From the NCBI RefSeq assembly GCF_009914755.1, contig NC_060946.1: a DNA stretch of 64,000 bases. One strand, given 5' to 3'. Every line of letters begins with the position of its first letter. Position 1 is the stretch's first letter. Positions 22,150 through 34,800 of the stretch are shown in pieces. This DNA is from the human T2T-CHM13v2.0 reference genome, Homo sapiens. A program made the translations under genes and the position numbers. The notes below the pieces were generated by a model. That model did no database searches. It was not told where the DNA came from and worked only from the letters and a program-made list of their open reading frames with translations.

Positions 22150-23900
22150 ATAGTGGGAAGGGGACCTGCACGAGGGAAAACGGCTGCCTCGAAGAGGCAG
22201 GGACCACGCGGGATGCGCCCGCGTCTGAAGCCAGACCCCCGGCTCCCCGAGGGAGAACAGGACGGAGGGCGGGGCTGTGGGGAGCGGAGGGAATGAAGGT
22301 CAGGGAGGCGGCGGGGACCCCCTGAGCTGGCACAGGCCCCGGGAACGTCTGTGGAACAGGGGACGGGATGGGGCGTGGGGGAAGGAGGTGCGGGCTGCAG
22401 GAGCGGGGGTGATGGGGTCACTCACGGCGGCGGGACTGGGGGTACTGGGTGGGGGGGTCGGGTGGGGCCGGGGCTGCAGTGGAGGGTGTGGGGCGGGGAG
22501 ATGCCCTCATTGCCCGCGCACTGGCGCCCGAGCCCAGAGAAGAGAGCGCCGGCTTCCCCGCCAGTGGCCGCAGCACCCCAGGAGCGCGGGAACCTCCGGA
22601 CCCACAGCGGGGCGCGGCCGGGGCAGGTGGGGGGCCCAGGCGAGGAAGCCCCCTCTGCGCCCTGGGCTGGGCGAAGGGCCCTGCGATGCGACGGGGGCAG
22701 CCCCAGCGCGCGCCCAGTCCTCACGTCGCCACCGAGCGGCGCCCCCGCCCCAGCCCGGAGCCCCGCAGGGCCGCCCCCACCCCTGCCCACCCTCCCGCGG
22801 GCCGGGGCAGCCCCCCGCCAGCCACCCCGCGTTCCCAGGAAGAGGGACCGGTCATTACTCATTCATGTCCTTTCATTTCATTTCAATATTTTCTGCAAAG
22901 TCATCGCCCGCGCCGCATCTGCGTGGCGGGGGGCGGGGTGGGGGCGGAGCCACGCCGCGGAGTCGCCGCAGGTAAACAGCCCCCTCCCCGCGGCGGGAGC
23001 GGGGCCGCCGGCCCCAGGCAGGGACAGCAGCCGCCGCCCGCGCTCCGGGCCGGGATCCCGCCGCCGCCCCCGCCGGAGGCACGCGCCAGGGCGGGGGCCG
23101 GGCTGCGGCGGAGGCGGGCGGCTCCGGTGCCCCCCACCCCCGCCCCGGCCCGGGCCGCCCGACCCCTGACCCCGGGGGCGGCGGCGGAGCGCCCCCCAAA
23201 CCCCGCTGCGGGCTCCGCGCCCGGCCAGCCCCGCACCCGCCGCGCGCCTCCGGCTACTCCCATCCCCCGGAGCCCCCCGCTCGGTCCCGGCGTCCCCTGC
23301 CACCCTCTCCCGCGGCCCGCGGCCCCGTCCCCGTCCCGCGCCCCCACGCTCCCCGATCCCCGCCCCCGCGCCGCGCGTCCCCTCCCGCCCGCGCCCCCCT
23401 CGCCGGGCCCCGCCCCGCGCCCCCCGCCCCGCCCGCGCCCCCCGCCGGGCCGCGCCCCCCGCCCCCCATGCACCACCTCCTGGAGCAGTCGGCGGACATG
23501 GCGACCGCGCTGCTGGCGGGAGAGAAGCTGCGGGAGCTGATCCTGCCGGGCGCGCAGGACGACAAGGCGGGCGCGCTGGCCGCGCTGCTTCTGCAGCTGA
23601 AGCTGGAGCTGCCGTTCGACCGGGTGGTCACCATCGGCACCGTGCTGGTGCCCATCCTGCTGGTCACCCTGGTCTTCACCAAGAACTTCGCAGGTGAGGC
23701 CGGCGGCCGGGGCGCGGGGCGCGGGCAGAGGGGGCGTCCGCAGGTGTCCGGGAGCTGGCGCTTCCCGCGTCCCCGGCGGCTCCGTCCAGCCGCGCCCACC
23801 GTGGCCTGGCTGCGTCCGCGGCGTCCCAGGCACCTTCCACAGCCGCCCCCATCCTAGCAGGTGTCGCTGGTCGCACAGACCCCTCGTCTCTATTTTATTG
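22150..23900. promoter_or_regulatory. PANX2: CpG island / promoter of PANX2
   Basis: Very high GC and CpG density with many GC boxes, enclosing the first coding exon. Confidence 0.88.
23468..23693 (+). CDS. PANX2: Pannexin-2 coding exon 1
   Basis: MHHLLEQSADMATALLAGEKLRELILPGAQDDKAGALAALLLQLKLELPFDRVVTIGTVLVPILLVTLVFTKNFA; donor G|gtgagg. Confidence 0.97.
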
Positions 23901-24909
23901 TTGTTCTTCCTTCCATTCGTCCGCCCATGGCCGCGGGTGGGACTAGGCCTGTCTGGACCCAGGGGTCCCAAATGTCATGAGACACGGGGTCTGGTTTGGA
24001 GAATGTCACAAGCAGCGCCTGAGGGGATGCAGGGTGGCCAGGTGGGGACCAGGAAAGGCCGGGATGGGTGTTGACAGCAGAGAGCTGATTACAGGGGCTG
24101 GTGGAGCTGCCGGGCAGGGTTCCCAGGCTGGACTTGGGTGGAAGGAGGGCAGAGAGAGTCTCTGAGAGGCCCAGGCCCTCCACCCCTCAGGCAGGGCGAG
24201 GCCTCTCCGGGGGCACTGGAGGCCTCCGAAGGTTTGAAGCAGGGGGGCTAGCATGGGGCAGGGCCACGTGTCAGAGCAGGGAGCCTGGAGCTCCTGCAGG
24301 GAGATGGGGGCTGGACCAGGGCAGGGACCCGCGCTGGTTAGATCAGGACCTGTGGGGGCACTTGAAGCCACCCAGGCGAGGCAGGAAGATGGACAGAGCA
24401 GCCAGCCTGCCTGTGAGCCTCTGCGGGGTGGGGTCCTGGTGCCTCTGCCCTCCCCAAGGAGTGGGGCGAGACAGGTGGAGCCGAGAACTTCCTCCCCTGG
24501 GGTCTGGGCCAAGGCAAGGGGGATCAGGGTCTCCTGGCCTGTGTGGCCCAGAGGTACTAGTCTGCAGCGGGGAGGGGTGTTGGGACCCTGGGGCCCTCTC
24601 TTCTGCAGCCTCCAAACCTCAGCAGACCCTGCCTCAGCACTGGCGCTTCCCAAATCTCCCAGATGCCTTGCCTTAAGGAGTCCCCGTGGCCTGGAGACAC
24701 CAGGCCTGAGGGTGGACATTGGCCAGGCTGTCTGATCCCACCCAGGGGTGGAGGAGGCCTCTGCTGGTCTCCTCTTCGACACTGGAGGCCAGACCCCGGG
24801 GATTAGAGGACCCCTGGGGTGGGCACACAGCACACTCTGCAGAGCAGGGAGCCCAGGCGTGCGGTGGGGCCTTGGGGCAGGCCCAGCATGTCCAGACACC
24901 ACGTGTGTT

Positions 24910-25172
24910 CTCTGTGTTTGTAGCAACCAAGTACCACAAACTAGGCAGTTTCAAACAGCAGACATTTATCTCTCATGGTTCCGGAGGCCAAAAGTCCAAA
25001 ATCGAGGTGTCGGCAGGGCCCTGCTCCCTCCCACAGCTCTAGGAAAGGGACATTCCAGCCTCTTCAGCCTCTGGTGCTGCCGGCAATCCTTGGGCGCCTT
25101 GGCTCGTGGCCGTGCCACCAGTCTCTGCCTCTGTCTTCTCATGGGCTTCTTCCCTCCCTGTCTGTGTCCAAA
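24910..25172. mobile_element. MaLR LTR fragment (MLT1-like)
   Basis: 'gtaccacaaactaggcagtttcaaacagcagacatttatctctcatggttccggaggccaaaagtccaaaatcgaggtgtcggcaggg' matches the typical MLT1 LTR text. Confidence 0.7.
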
Positions 25173-25175
25173 TTT

Positions 25176-26070
<895 letters not shown>

Positions 26071-26369
26071 AACTTTCTTCTTTAAAGCGGAAAGGAAGCG
26101 AGCGCTCTGCCCCCGAGCACCCTCCCAGGAGCCTATGGGCTGGTTCCTCTTTTTGGCTTCATCATCCTTGGAGGGCCGAGCGCAGCCCCTGATGCCGCAG
26201 GGCAGGGTTGGGCCTGAGGGCCCGTGTGGCCAGCTGCTGTCTCAGGATGCAGTACCCTCGAAGGTTGGGGGCCAAGTCCCAGGGTCTCCAAGGTGGGCTG
26301 GGGAAGGGTCTCGGCCCCCCTCAGCCTGCAGAGAGTGGAGAATGTAGCAGGTGCGCAGCCACCGCCAGG

Positions 26370-26750
26370 ATTAGCTTCCTGTGGCTGCTGGAACAAACCT
26401 ACAAGTCAGAAGCCAGATGCGAGTCTCATGGGGCTAAAACGAAGGTGTCAGCAGGGCTGGCTCCAAGGGGGAACCCACTTTCTGCCTTCTCCGGCCTCCA
26501 GAGGCCTCCACATTCCTGGCCTTGCAGCCCTTCCTGCGTCCTCAGAGCCGGCTGCGTGGCGTTCTCTCTCCCAGCCCCACTTCTGTCCTCACATCTCCTC
26601 CCTGACTCTGACCCTCTTAGAAGAACCCTGCAATTGCTGCCCACCAAGACCCCCAGCCTAGGCATGTCTGCAAAGTCCTCGTGAACCGGGAAACGTGACA
26701 CCGCCACAGGCTCCGGGGTTGGGATGTGGCATCTTTGGGGGCCATGATTC
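26370..26750. mobile_element. MaLR LTR fragments (MLT1-like)
   Basis: 'attagcttcctgtggctgctggaacaaac...aaggtgtcagcagggctggctcc...ccttctccggcctccagaggc'. Confidence 0.55.
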
Positions 26751-29675
26751 TGCTCACTGCAGACCCCATGTGGAGGTCTGTAAGGCCAGGGGAGTCGGGG
26801 AAGGGCCAGGGCCTGGCCTCGGCTGAGGGCTTCCAGGATGTGGCAGTGGTCTGGGGTGACCAGACAGGGTTTGGCCAGCAGGCAGGAGGAGGCTGCGCAG
26901 AGCCAGGGGTGTCCTGGAGAGGTGTCCCCACTCCCCAGGTGGGAGGACAGGGGTGGAAAGGGCTGTTGGGAGGGACCCAGCTTCACCCTTGGGGGGCACC
27001 TTGGGGCCATGTGCAGGCCAGATCGCAGGGGTGGGCTGGAGATGAGCTTGGGGATGGCAGAACCGAAGAAGGGCAGGACTGGGGGAGGGCCGGGGGGGCT
27101 GGGCTTTAGCCTCGGGTCCTGGGGACGGCATTCTGAATATGGGAATATGGGCCGTGTTGGGGTGTATTCAGACACCCGCTCAGAGGTGCTCCAAGCAGCA
27201 CCAGGCCCCTGGCTGCCAACTCTGATATTGTCACTGGGGCTCTGAGGGCTGGGTGTGGACAGGCTCCTTGGCTGGGAAGCCAGTGTCCTCTCGGGGCATA
27301 GCTGGCATGGCCAGGATCCACACAGCAATGTCTTCCAAGAAACGGGCCCCTGGCGGCGGCTCTGTCTGCCCTGTTGGATGGGCCAGGCCTTCCTGCCTTC
27401 CGTTTGGACACCTGCACTGGCCCAGGCAGGGTCCCACTGTCCCTGGGAAGTCCCAGAGGAGGGCCTCGGACAGAGGACCCGTAGCAGTCGCTGCGTGTGG
27501 GATGGGCCCATGGATTTGGGCTCAGCAGCCCCTCTCTGCTGCCCCACCCCGAGTCAGGCCAGCACCCCCGGCCCTGGCAGCCCCTGCTAGAAGCTGTGGC
27601 AGCATCCACCGGGAAAGGCCCGGCTGCCAGCACAGCTTTGAGTCCGTCAGGACCTGCTGAGGCTGCCAGGAGCACCCTGTACCCTGCAGGTGCAGCGGGT
27701 CCAGGGAGGAGGGAAGCCTTGCTGGACATGCCTTGGGGCCCCCAAAGGGCCGGGCCGGTCACCTGCAGTGAGTCAAGGCAGTATCCTTGGTGGAGCAGAT
27801 GAGGAAACTGAGGTCGGAGTGGCAAGCAGGACTTGGCTTCCCCTTGCTGCCGCCATCCGGCAGGGAGACAGTGACAGGCATGAGGAGTTCGGGTCCAAGT
27901 GGGGCTCCGCACAGTGGGGGCAGCTCGCCAGACACGTGGCTCGGTGTGGGGCCCCTGCTTTCATCCACCTTGGAGGAGGCCAGGCCGCCCCCTGCCCCAG
28001 AGCCAAGGAGCCCTCCTTCCCGTCTCCCTGCGGCCCTACTGGAGTCTGGGTCCAGGGTTCTGGGGCCTCTCCCCACCCATGTTGGCCACACATGCCCAGC
28101 AAGGGTGGCTGCCAGGGATGGGCCCAGCTCAGGACGGGACACAAACCTGTCCCTGTTCTCTTCCCCAGGGTGGACGCTCTTCTCTGGCTCCTGGGATTGG
28201 CTGTGAGGACAAAACATAAGTAAATAAAATATGCCATTTTCTCAACCAAGAGAGTGGATTCCTTTGCCTTGTCCGGTTTGCTCTTCTCTGAGCCCAGCTC
28301 ATCTCCAGCTCGATGTCCCCACCGAGGACTCGGGCCTCAGGTCCCAGCTTTTCCTGCCTCTTCCCAGGCTCCCTCCCAAACCCTCCAGAGTCCCCAGGAC
28401 CCTCAGGGGGATCTGATGACTCATGGGAACCCTCCCTGAGCAGGCTGTCTGGACTGGTAGATGTGCCTCAGTGGTGATGATGGCAGCCGGGAGCTCCGTG
28501 TGGGGTCTGAGGGGCTCGTTGCTGAGCCGGGTTCAGGGCTGGAGGTGCCCAGCCCCTGGGCCCCTGTGGGGCATCAACAGTGAATGCTGCTCTTCCCAGA
28601 GTGGACAGAGTCTCTAATCCGCCTCGCTTTCCGTCCCTAATTCAGGCCTCGGCACAGACGGACAGGCCTGTCCCTGTTGCTTCTGGTCTGTGGGGAGGGG
28701 ATTGTGCTGATGTGGGCCCTGCCCTGGGGCTGCTCTTTGGGGCTGGGAGACAAGGCTGAGGCTGGTGTGGGCCTCCGCGCCTGCGCTGTGTGAAGGGCTC
28801 AGCCTGAAGAGACTGCACGGTGGCTGGAGGCCCCCAGGCTCTGAGCCTTCCTGGGAAACGTTAGCAAGATCCCAGCCGCTCAGACCCCACACTGGGCCAA
28901 GGCGCGAATGTCCTGAACACTTTCACTGCCGTTCGTGTCATTGTCACCTGCAGGCAGAGACAGACTCTTGAGGGAAAACACAGAGTTCAGTAACGACCAT
29001 TTGCCTGCAGTTCAAGGGACTCCCTCTTTTCAATTTTAGCGGCAGATACCGCAGTCCAGCTGGTGACATCCCCAACCAGCCCCACCTGGTGTCTGGTGTC
29101 CCCAGGCTGGCCAGTCCCCAGAACAGTGGGTCTTAGGGAGGCGCCCCTCACCCTCAAGGGTGGGCAGAGCCCACCCTGCCTTCCCGGTGCTGTGGAAACC
29201 ACCCTGCCAGCTAGCAGCACCTGAGCCAACCGCCTTCCTCCCAGGGGAGCCCGGGCTGTACACGGCCTGTGGCTGGGACCTGGTTTGGGTCCGGCTGTGT
29301 GTGGATAGAAGAAGGACCCTGGCTGGGAGTCCTGGCCTGCCTTGGCCCTCTCTGGGATTTGGTTTCCCCTTGTGCACACAGGGCTTTGTGACATTTGGAG
29401 AGGCGCATGGCTCAGGTGGTTTCGCAGGCGGTCATGGCTTCCACCTGCAGGTGCCCCGCAGCTGACCTCGTGGGGGTAGTCAGGGCGGGACCCCCACACC
29501 ACCGTGGTGGGGGGAGGGGGTGGGGTTCATCTGGGCAACCGCAGGTGCTGTGTGGGAGGAGGCTGGAGAGGCTCCTGGGAGGGGTTCGGCAGGGACGCGG
29601 TCAGGTCCAGCCCGGTTTCTTCAGCCCAGCCCGTGCGCCTCCCCGCCCCAGCCCGTGTCTCCTCTTTGCCCCCAG

Positions 29676-31139
29676 AGGAACCCATTTACTGTTACACCCC
29701 GCACAACTTCACGCGCGACCAGGCGCTGTACGCCCGCGGCTACTGCTGGACGGAGCTGCGGGACGCGCTGCCCGGCGTGGACGCCAGCCTGTGGCCGTCG
29801 CTGTTTGAGCACAAGTTCCTGCCCTACGCGCTGCTGGCCTTCGCCGCCATCATGTACGTGCCCGCGCTGGGCTGGGAGTTCCTGGCCTCCACGCGCCTCA
29901 CCTCCGAGCTCAACTTCCTGCTGCAGGAGATCGACAACTGTTACCACCGGGCGGCCGAGGGCCGCGCGCCCAAGATCGAGAAGCAGATCCAGTCCAAGGG
30001 CCCGGGCATCACGGAGCGCGAGAAGCGCGAGATCATCGAGAACGCGGAGAAGGAGAAGAGCCCGGAGCAGAACCTGTTCGAGAAGTACCTGGAGCGCCGC
30101 GGCCGCAGCAACTTCCTGGCCAAGCTGTACCTGGCGCGGCACGTGCTGATCCTGCTGCTGAGCGCCGTGCCCATCTCCTACCTGTGCACCTACTACGCCA
30201 CGCAGAAGCAGAACGAGTTCACCTGCGCGCTGGGCGCGTCCCCGGACGGGGCGGCAGGTGCGGGGCCCGCGGTGCGCGTGAGCTGCAAGCTCCCGTCCGT
30301 GCAACTGCAGCGCATCATCGCGGGCGTGGACATCGTGCTGCTGTGCGTCATGAACCTCATCATCCTCGTCAACCTCATCCACCTCTTCATCTTCCGCAAG
30401 AGCAACTTCATCTTCGACAAGCTGCACAAGGTGGGCATCAAGACGCGCCGGCAGTGGCGCCGCTCGCAGTTCTGCGACATCAACATCCTGGCCATGTTCT
30501 GCAACGAGAACCGCGACCACATCAAGTCGCTCAACCGGCTGGACTTCATCACCAACGAGAGCGACCTCATGTACGACAACGTGGTCCGGCAGCTGCTGGC
30601 GGCGCTGGCGCAGTCCAACCACGACGCCACCCCCACGGTGCGCGACTCGGGGGTGCAGACCGTGGACCCCAGCGCCAACCCCGCCGAGCCCGACGGCGCC
30701 GCCGAGCCGCCCGTGGTCAAGCGGCCGCGCAAGAAGATGAAGTGGATCCCCACCAGCAACCCGCTTCCGCAGCCCTTCAAGGAGCCGCTGGCCATCATGC
30801 GCGTGGAGAACAGCAAGGCGGAGAAGCCGAAGCCCGCGCGCAGGAAGACGGCCACGGACACGCTGATCGCGCCGCTGCTGGACCGCTCCGCCCACCACTA
30901 CAAGGGCGGAGGGGGCGACCCGGGCCCCGGCCCCGCCCCTGCCCCCGCCCCGCCGCCCGCCCCCGACAAGAAGCACGCGCGCCACTTCTCCCTGGACGTG
31001 CACCCCTACATCCTCGGCACCAAGAAGGCCAAGGCCGAGGCGGTGCCCGCCGCCCTGCCCGCCTCCCGGAGCCAGGAGGGGGGCTTCCTGTCCCAGGCGG
31101 AGGACTGTGGGCTGGGCCTGGCCCCGGCGCCCATCAAAG
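29676..31139 (+). CDS. PANX2: Pannexin-2 coding exon 2
   Basis: cccag|AG GAA CCC ... AAA G|gtaggg; includes YCYTPHNFT (sequon), extracellular cysteines, TM2-4 and the start of the long C-tail; 1464 nt. Confidence 0.97.
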
Positions 31140-31670
31140 GTAGGGGCAGGGCCGGAGAGAGGGGACGGGGGACTGGGGGTGGGAGAGGCGCCCACAGCCA
31201 CAGCGGCCCACGGGAGCCTGGCCAGGGCGCTAGGGAAGGGAGGGGGCCTGGCTTGAGGCCCCCTCAAAGGGGGAAGGGAGGAGGCCGAGGTTTGAACCGG
31301 CTCCATCAAACGGACTTACTGTCAAGGTGAGCCTCAGGCCAGGCAGGGCCCTGGAGACCCCCCCGGGAGGCAGGTGGGGAAGATGCAGGCTGGAAGCGAC
31401 GTGCTCCTGGTCAGCTTCCTAGAGCTCCGCGTGCGTGGTGCAGCCAAGTTCCTCGGGTGAGGAAATTCCACCGACGGCACTGCGGCTCCGGGACAGTGGG
31501 GCGGGGGGTGTTCCCAGGCCAACTGCTGTGTGCAGGGGCGTCCAGGCCCAGCGTCTCCAGGGCGCTTCAGAGCCGTGAGCCCTGCTCCCCCGCCAGCCTG
31601 CACTGGGTGGGCGCTGGGGGCGGCGCAGCGGAGGATGGTGTGAGATGTCTGTGCTCTTGGCTGTTTGCAG

Positions 31671-32014
31671 ATGCTCCGCTCCCCGAGAAGGAAATCCCGT
31701 ACCCCACAGAGCCAGCCCGGGCAGGGCTTCCCTCGGGGGGCCCGTTCCACGTCCGCTCACCTCCCGCCGCCCCTGCTGTGGCCCCTCTGACACCAGCCAG
31801 CCTGGGCAAGGCGGAGCCCCTCACCATCCTGAGCCGAAACGCCACACACCCGCTGCTGCACATCAACACGCTGTACGAGGCCCGGGAGGAGGAGGACGGG
31901 GGCCCCCGCCTGCCGCAGGACGTGGGGGACCTCATCGCCATCCCTGCCCCACAGCAGATCCTCATCGCCACCTTCGACGAGCCGAGAACGGTCGTGAGTA
32001 CTGTGGAGTTTTGA
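31671..32014 (+). CDS. PANX2: Pannexin-2 coding exon 3 to stop
   Basis: tgcag|AT GCT CCG ... VVSTVEF*; joined CDS 226+1464+344=2034 nt = 677 aa. Confidence 0.96.
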
Positions 32015-33009
32015 GGGATGGCACCGTCCAGGCCGCCGAGAGCCCCTCTGCCTGTGTCGTGTGGCCTGGCCAGCCTCCCGGTGGACACCAGCCCTGCGTG
32101 GACGTGGCCTGTGCTTCGCCCGCACTGCGCGCATCCCCAACCTCTGTCCGCATGCCTGGGGCCTTCGCCCCCACGTGCTCGACAGGGGAACCCGCCCGGA
32201 CGGCATCGCCAGGCACTGGCTGGGGTGGGGAAAGGTGGCCCAGTGGAGCCGGTGGCCAGGAAGGCTGAAGCCCGCTTCCCATGCTCCTGCATCAGGTGCC
32301 CAGCCGTGGGTGGGGGCCCTGAGGTGAAGAGTTTATTTTTTTAGTCCGTTTCGTCCTGGCCCCGGGCTGTGGCGAGACAGCCCAACTCCCCCAGCCCAGC
32401 TCCCCCAGCCCAGAGCCAGGGAAGAGGAAGGTGGGGCCAGTCCCACCAGTGGGGTGGCCACGCCCATGGGGTCACATGCTCAGGGGTCACCCCCTGCAGG
32501 GACCTGATGCCCTCGGGTGGGAGGGACCGAGGTCCACCCTCGGGTCAAAGGTCAACGTGCACTTTCTCCTTGTCGCCTGACAGACATTTTATTTTACTAA
32601 GACTGCTGTACCGAACAAGCATATTTATCATCAGGAGACAGGATGGGTTTAAAGCAGGATGGTGTGTGTGTGAACGGGCATGAGCAGAGGTGAGCGTGAG
32701 CGAGCGGGTGTGTATGTACGAGTGTGCACGTGTGTGCGTGTGCACAGAGGGTGTGGTGCCAGCTTGAGTGGGAGTGTGTGAGTGTGAGCAGGCGGGCGAG
32801 TGCGTGAGTGCACGCCAGCGCGTGGCCCATGTATGAGGAGTGAAGGGGCCCAACGCAATAACCACGTCCCCCACCCGGGCCCCCCGCCGCGGCTGAGGCC
32901 ACATGGCTTCCTGTGGGAGCCCCGGCCGGCACCCGGCTGGTCCCACCCCAAATACCTCAGCCATGGAGACCATGTCATGCAGAATTAACAAGGTAGCACC
33001 GAGCATATC

Positions 33010-33015
33010 AATAAA
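33010..33015 (+). terminator. PANX2: PANX2 polyadenylation signal
   Basis: AATAAA in an AT-rich patch about 1 kb after the stop. Confidence 0.8.
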
Positions 33016-33917
33016 TATTATTCTGATAATCACCTGTGCTCCGCCGGGGACTTCGCCTCCCTCCACGCCCGTCCCCTGACTCGGCACCATGCGTGGGGGT
33101 GCTGGAGGACGTGGGGCAGGGGCTGCCTTCAGAAGCGTGACAAGGGGCCCCTCTGCACCCACAGTGAGTGTCATACTTGGAGCAGGACATGCCCTGGACT
33201 CAGGCTGTGGGCACGGAGGCGATTCAGCTGTGGCCTGAAGCCCTGGGGCACACAGGCTTGGGAGACGAATGCACGACCCCCTTAGTCTTCCTGCTCCTGC
33301 AGGGGAGCGAGGAGGGGGAGTGTGAGGCACCCTCTAGGAGAACAGAGAGCTGGCGGGATCCAGGAAGGCTTCCTGGAGGAGGCGCCCTCAGTGTGGTCTG
33401 GGATGCTCAAAACAACACAGAGATCCTGAGCAGGTGCCTTTGCTGGGCCCAGGACTCCATGGAACAAGGCTGGTCCCGTGGGTGCACCATGGAACCACAT
33501 GCCCTGTAGACCCCGGCAGGTGACCCTGAGAGTCTGAACAGAGGCTCCTTGAAGACAGGTGGCTGGGCAGCTGGGCCAGAACCCCATGGGGGCTGGAGTG
33601 GGGTTGGGGGTGTAGGCCACTAATTGCAAGGGTGGGCTCGGCTGAGATCAGAGCGGGCCCACCTGCCACCTGGCCTGGGCTTCCTGGGAGCCCCATCGCC
33701 AGGCCCCTCCTGGAGCAGTCCTGAGCGGGCAGGCCTGGGCTCCCCAGGTTCCCAGGAGTCAAGAGGAAGGGTCTATCCAGGGTGTGGCCCCCACAGCCAG
33801 GGCCTGGCGTGAGACACACAGGGACACAAGCTGGAGGGTGCCTCCCGCCCTCCACGTTAAAACGGAGGTTTTTATACTCTTCTGGGCTGGCGAAGCCTCT
33901 TGCCATTAAAAGAGCTG

Positions 33918-34072
33918 GGCCAGGCGCCAGGGCGTACGCCTGTCATCCCAGTGCTTTGGGAGGCTGAGGTGGGAGGATCGCTTGAGGACGGGATTCGAGG
34001 CTGCAGTGAGCTGTGATTGCACGACTGCACTCCAGCCTGGGCGACACCGCGAGACCCTGTCTCTAAAAAAAA
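33918..34072 (+). mobile_element. Alu monomer (FRAM/FAM-like)
   Basis: Single Alu arm ending in an A tail. Confidence 0.75.
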
Positions 34073-34504
34073 TTTAAAATCTACTCAGATCCCCAAAGGA
34101 GGGGCACCCCGTGCCACCCAGGGCCACGCGGGAGGGCACTGGGGTCGTCGCAGACACAGGCAGTGGGGGGAAGCATGGGCAGAGCCTTCACTGTGGTTCC
34201 ACCAAAGGATGGGCAGGGTGGGGCCACAGGCTCGGGACTCCAGAGTGGACACCCTGGTGGGTGCTGGGCAGGGGCTGTCCCTGGCTGTCGGGTACATAGC
34301 CCAGGGTGACAAGAGCAGGGGGACAGGGCCTAGGCTGTGAGAGCCCACAGAGGAGGCCTGGAGGGGGTGTGGGCCCTGGACTCAGGAGCTTGCACAGGAA
34401 GTTGTTTGCTGACAAATCGGTGGGCCCTAGGAGAGGCAGTCTCACCAGGGCCAGCAAGGCCTCAGAGGTCAAAGCAACAAAGCAGAAAATAAAAGGCACA
34501 GTTC

Positions 34505-34800
34505 GGCCGGGCGCGGTGGCTCACACCTGTAATCCCAGCACTTTGGGAGGCCAAGGTGGGCAGATCATGAAGTCAGGAGTTTGAGACCAGCCTGGCCAAC
34601 ATGGTGACACCGTCTCTACTAAAAATACAAAAATTAGCTGGGCGTGGTGGCGCGCACCTGTAATCCCAGCTACTCAGGAGGCTGAGGCAGGAGAATCGCT
34701 GGAACCCAGAAGGCGGAGGTTGCAGTGAGCCGAGATCACACCACTCTACTCCAGCAGCATGGGCGACAGCGAGACTCCGTCTCAAAAAAAAAAAAAAGAA
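34505..34800 (+). mobile_element. Alu (AluS-like)
   Basis: Full dimeric Alu with poly-A. Confidence 0.9.

Noticed and set aside
22277-23971. Several 200-360 aa Pro/Arg/Gly-rich ORFs (similar ones at 37.3-39.6 kb and 53-54.6 kb)
   Set aside because: CpG-island composition suppresses stop codons; low-complexity products.
29621-31309. 562-aa antisense ORF over PANX2 exon 2, plus the 319-aa alternative-frame ORF
   Set aside because: Expected shadow ORFs of a CDS with extreme GC3 codon bias; no independent evidence.
31140-31330. In-frame extension of PANX2 exon 2 into intron 2 (608-aa ORF)
   Set aside because: A canonical donor at 31139 joins exon 3 in frame; the extension is G-rich intron.
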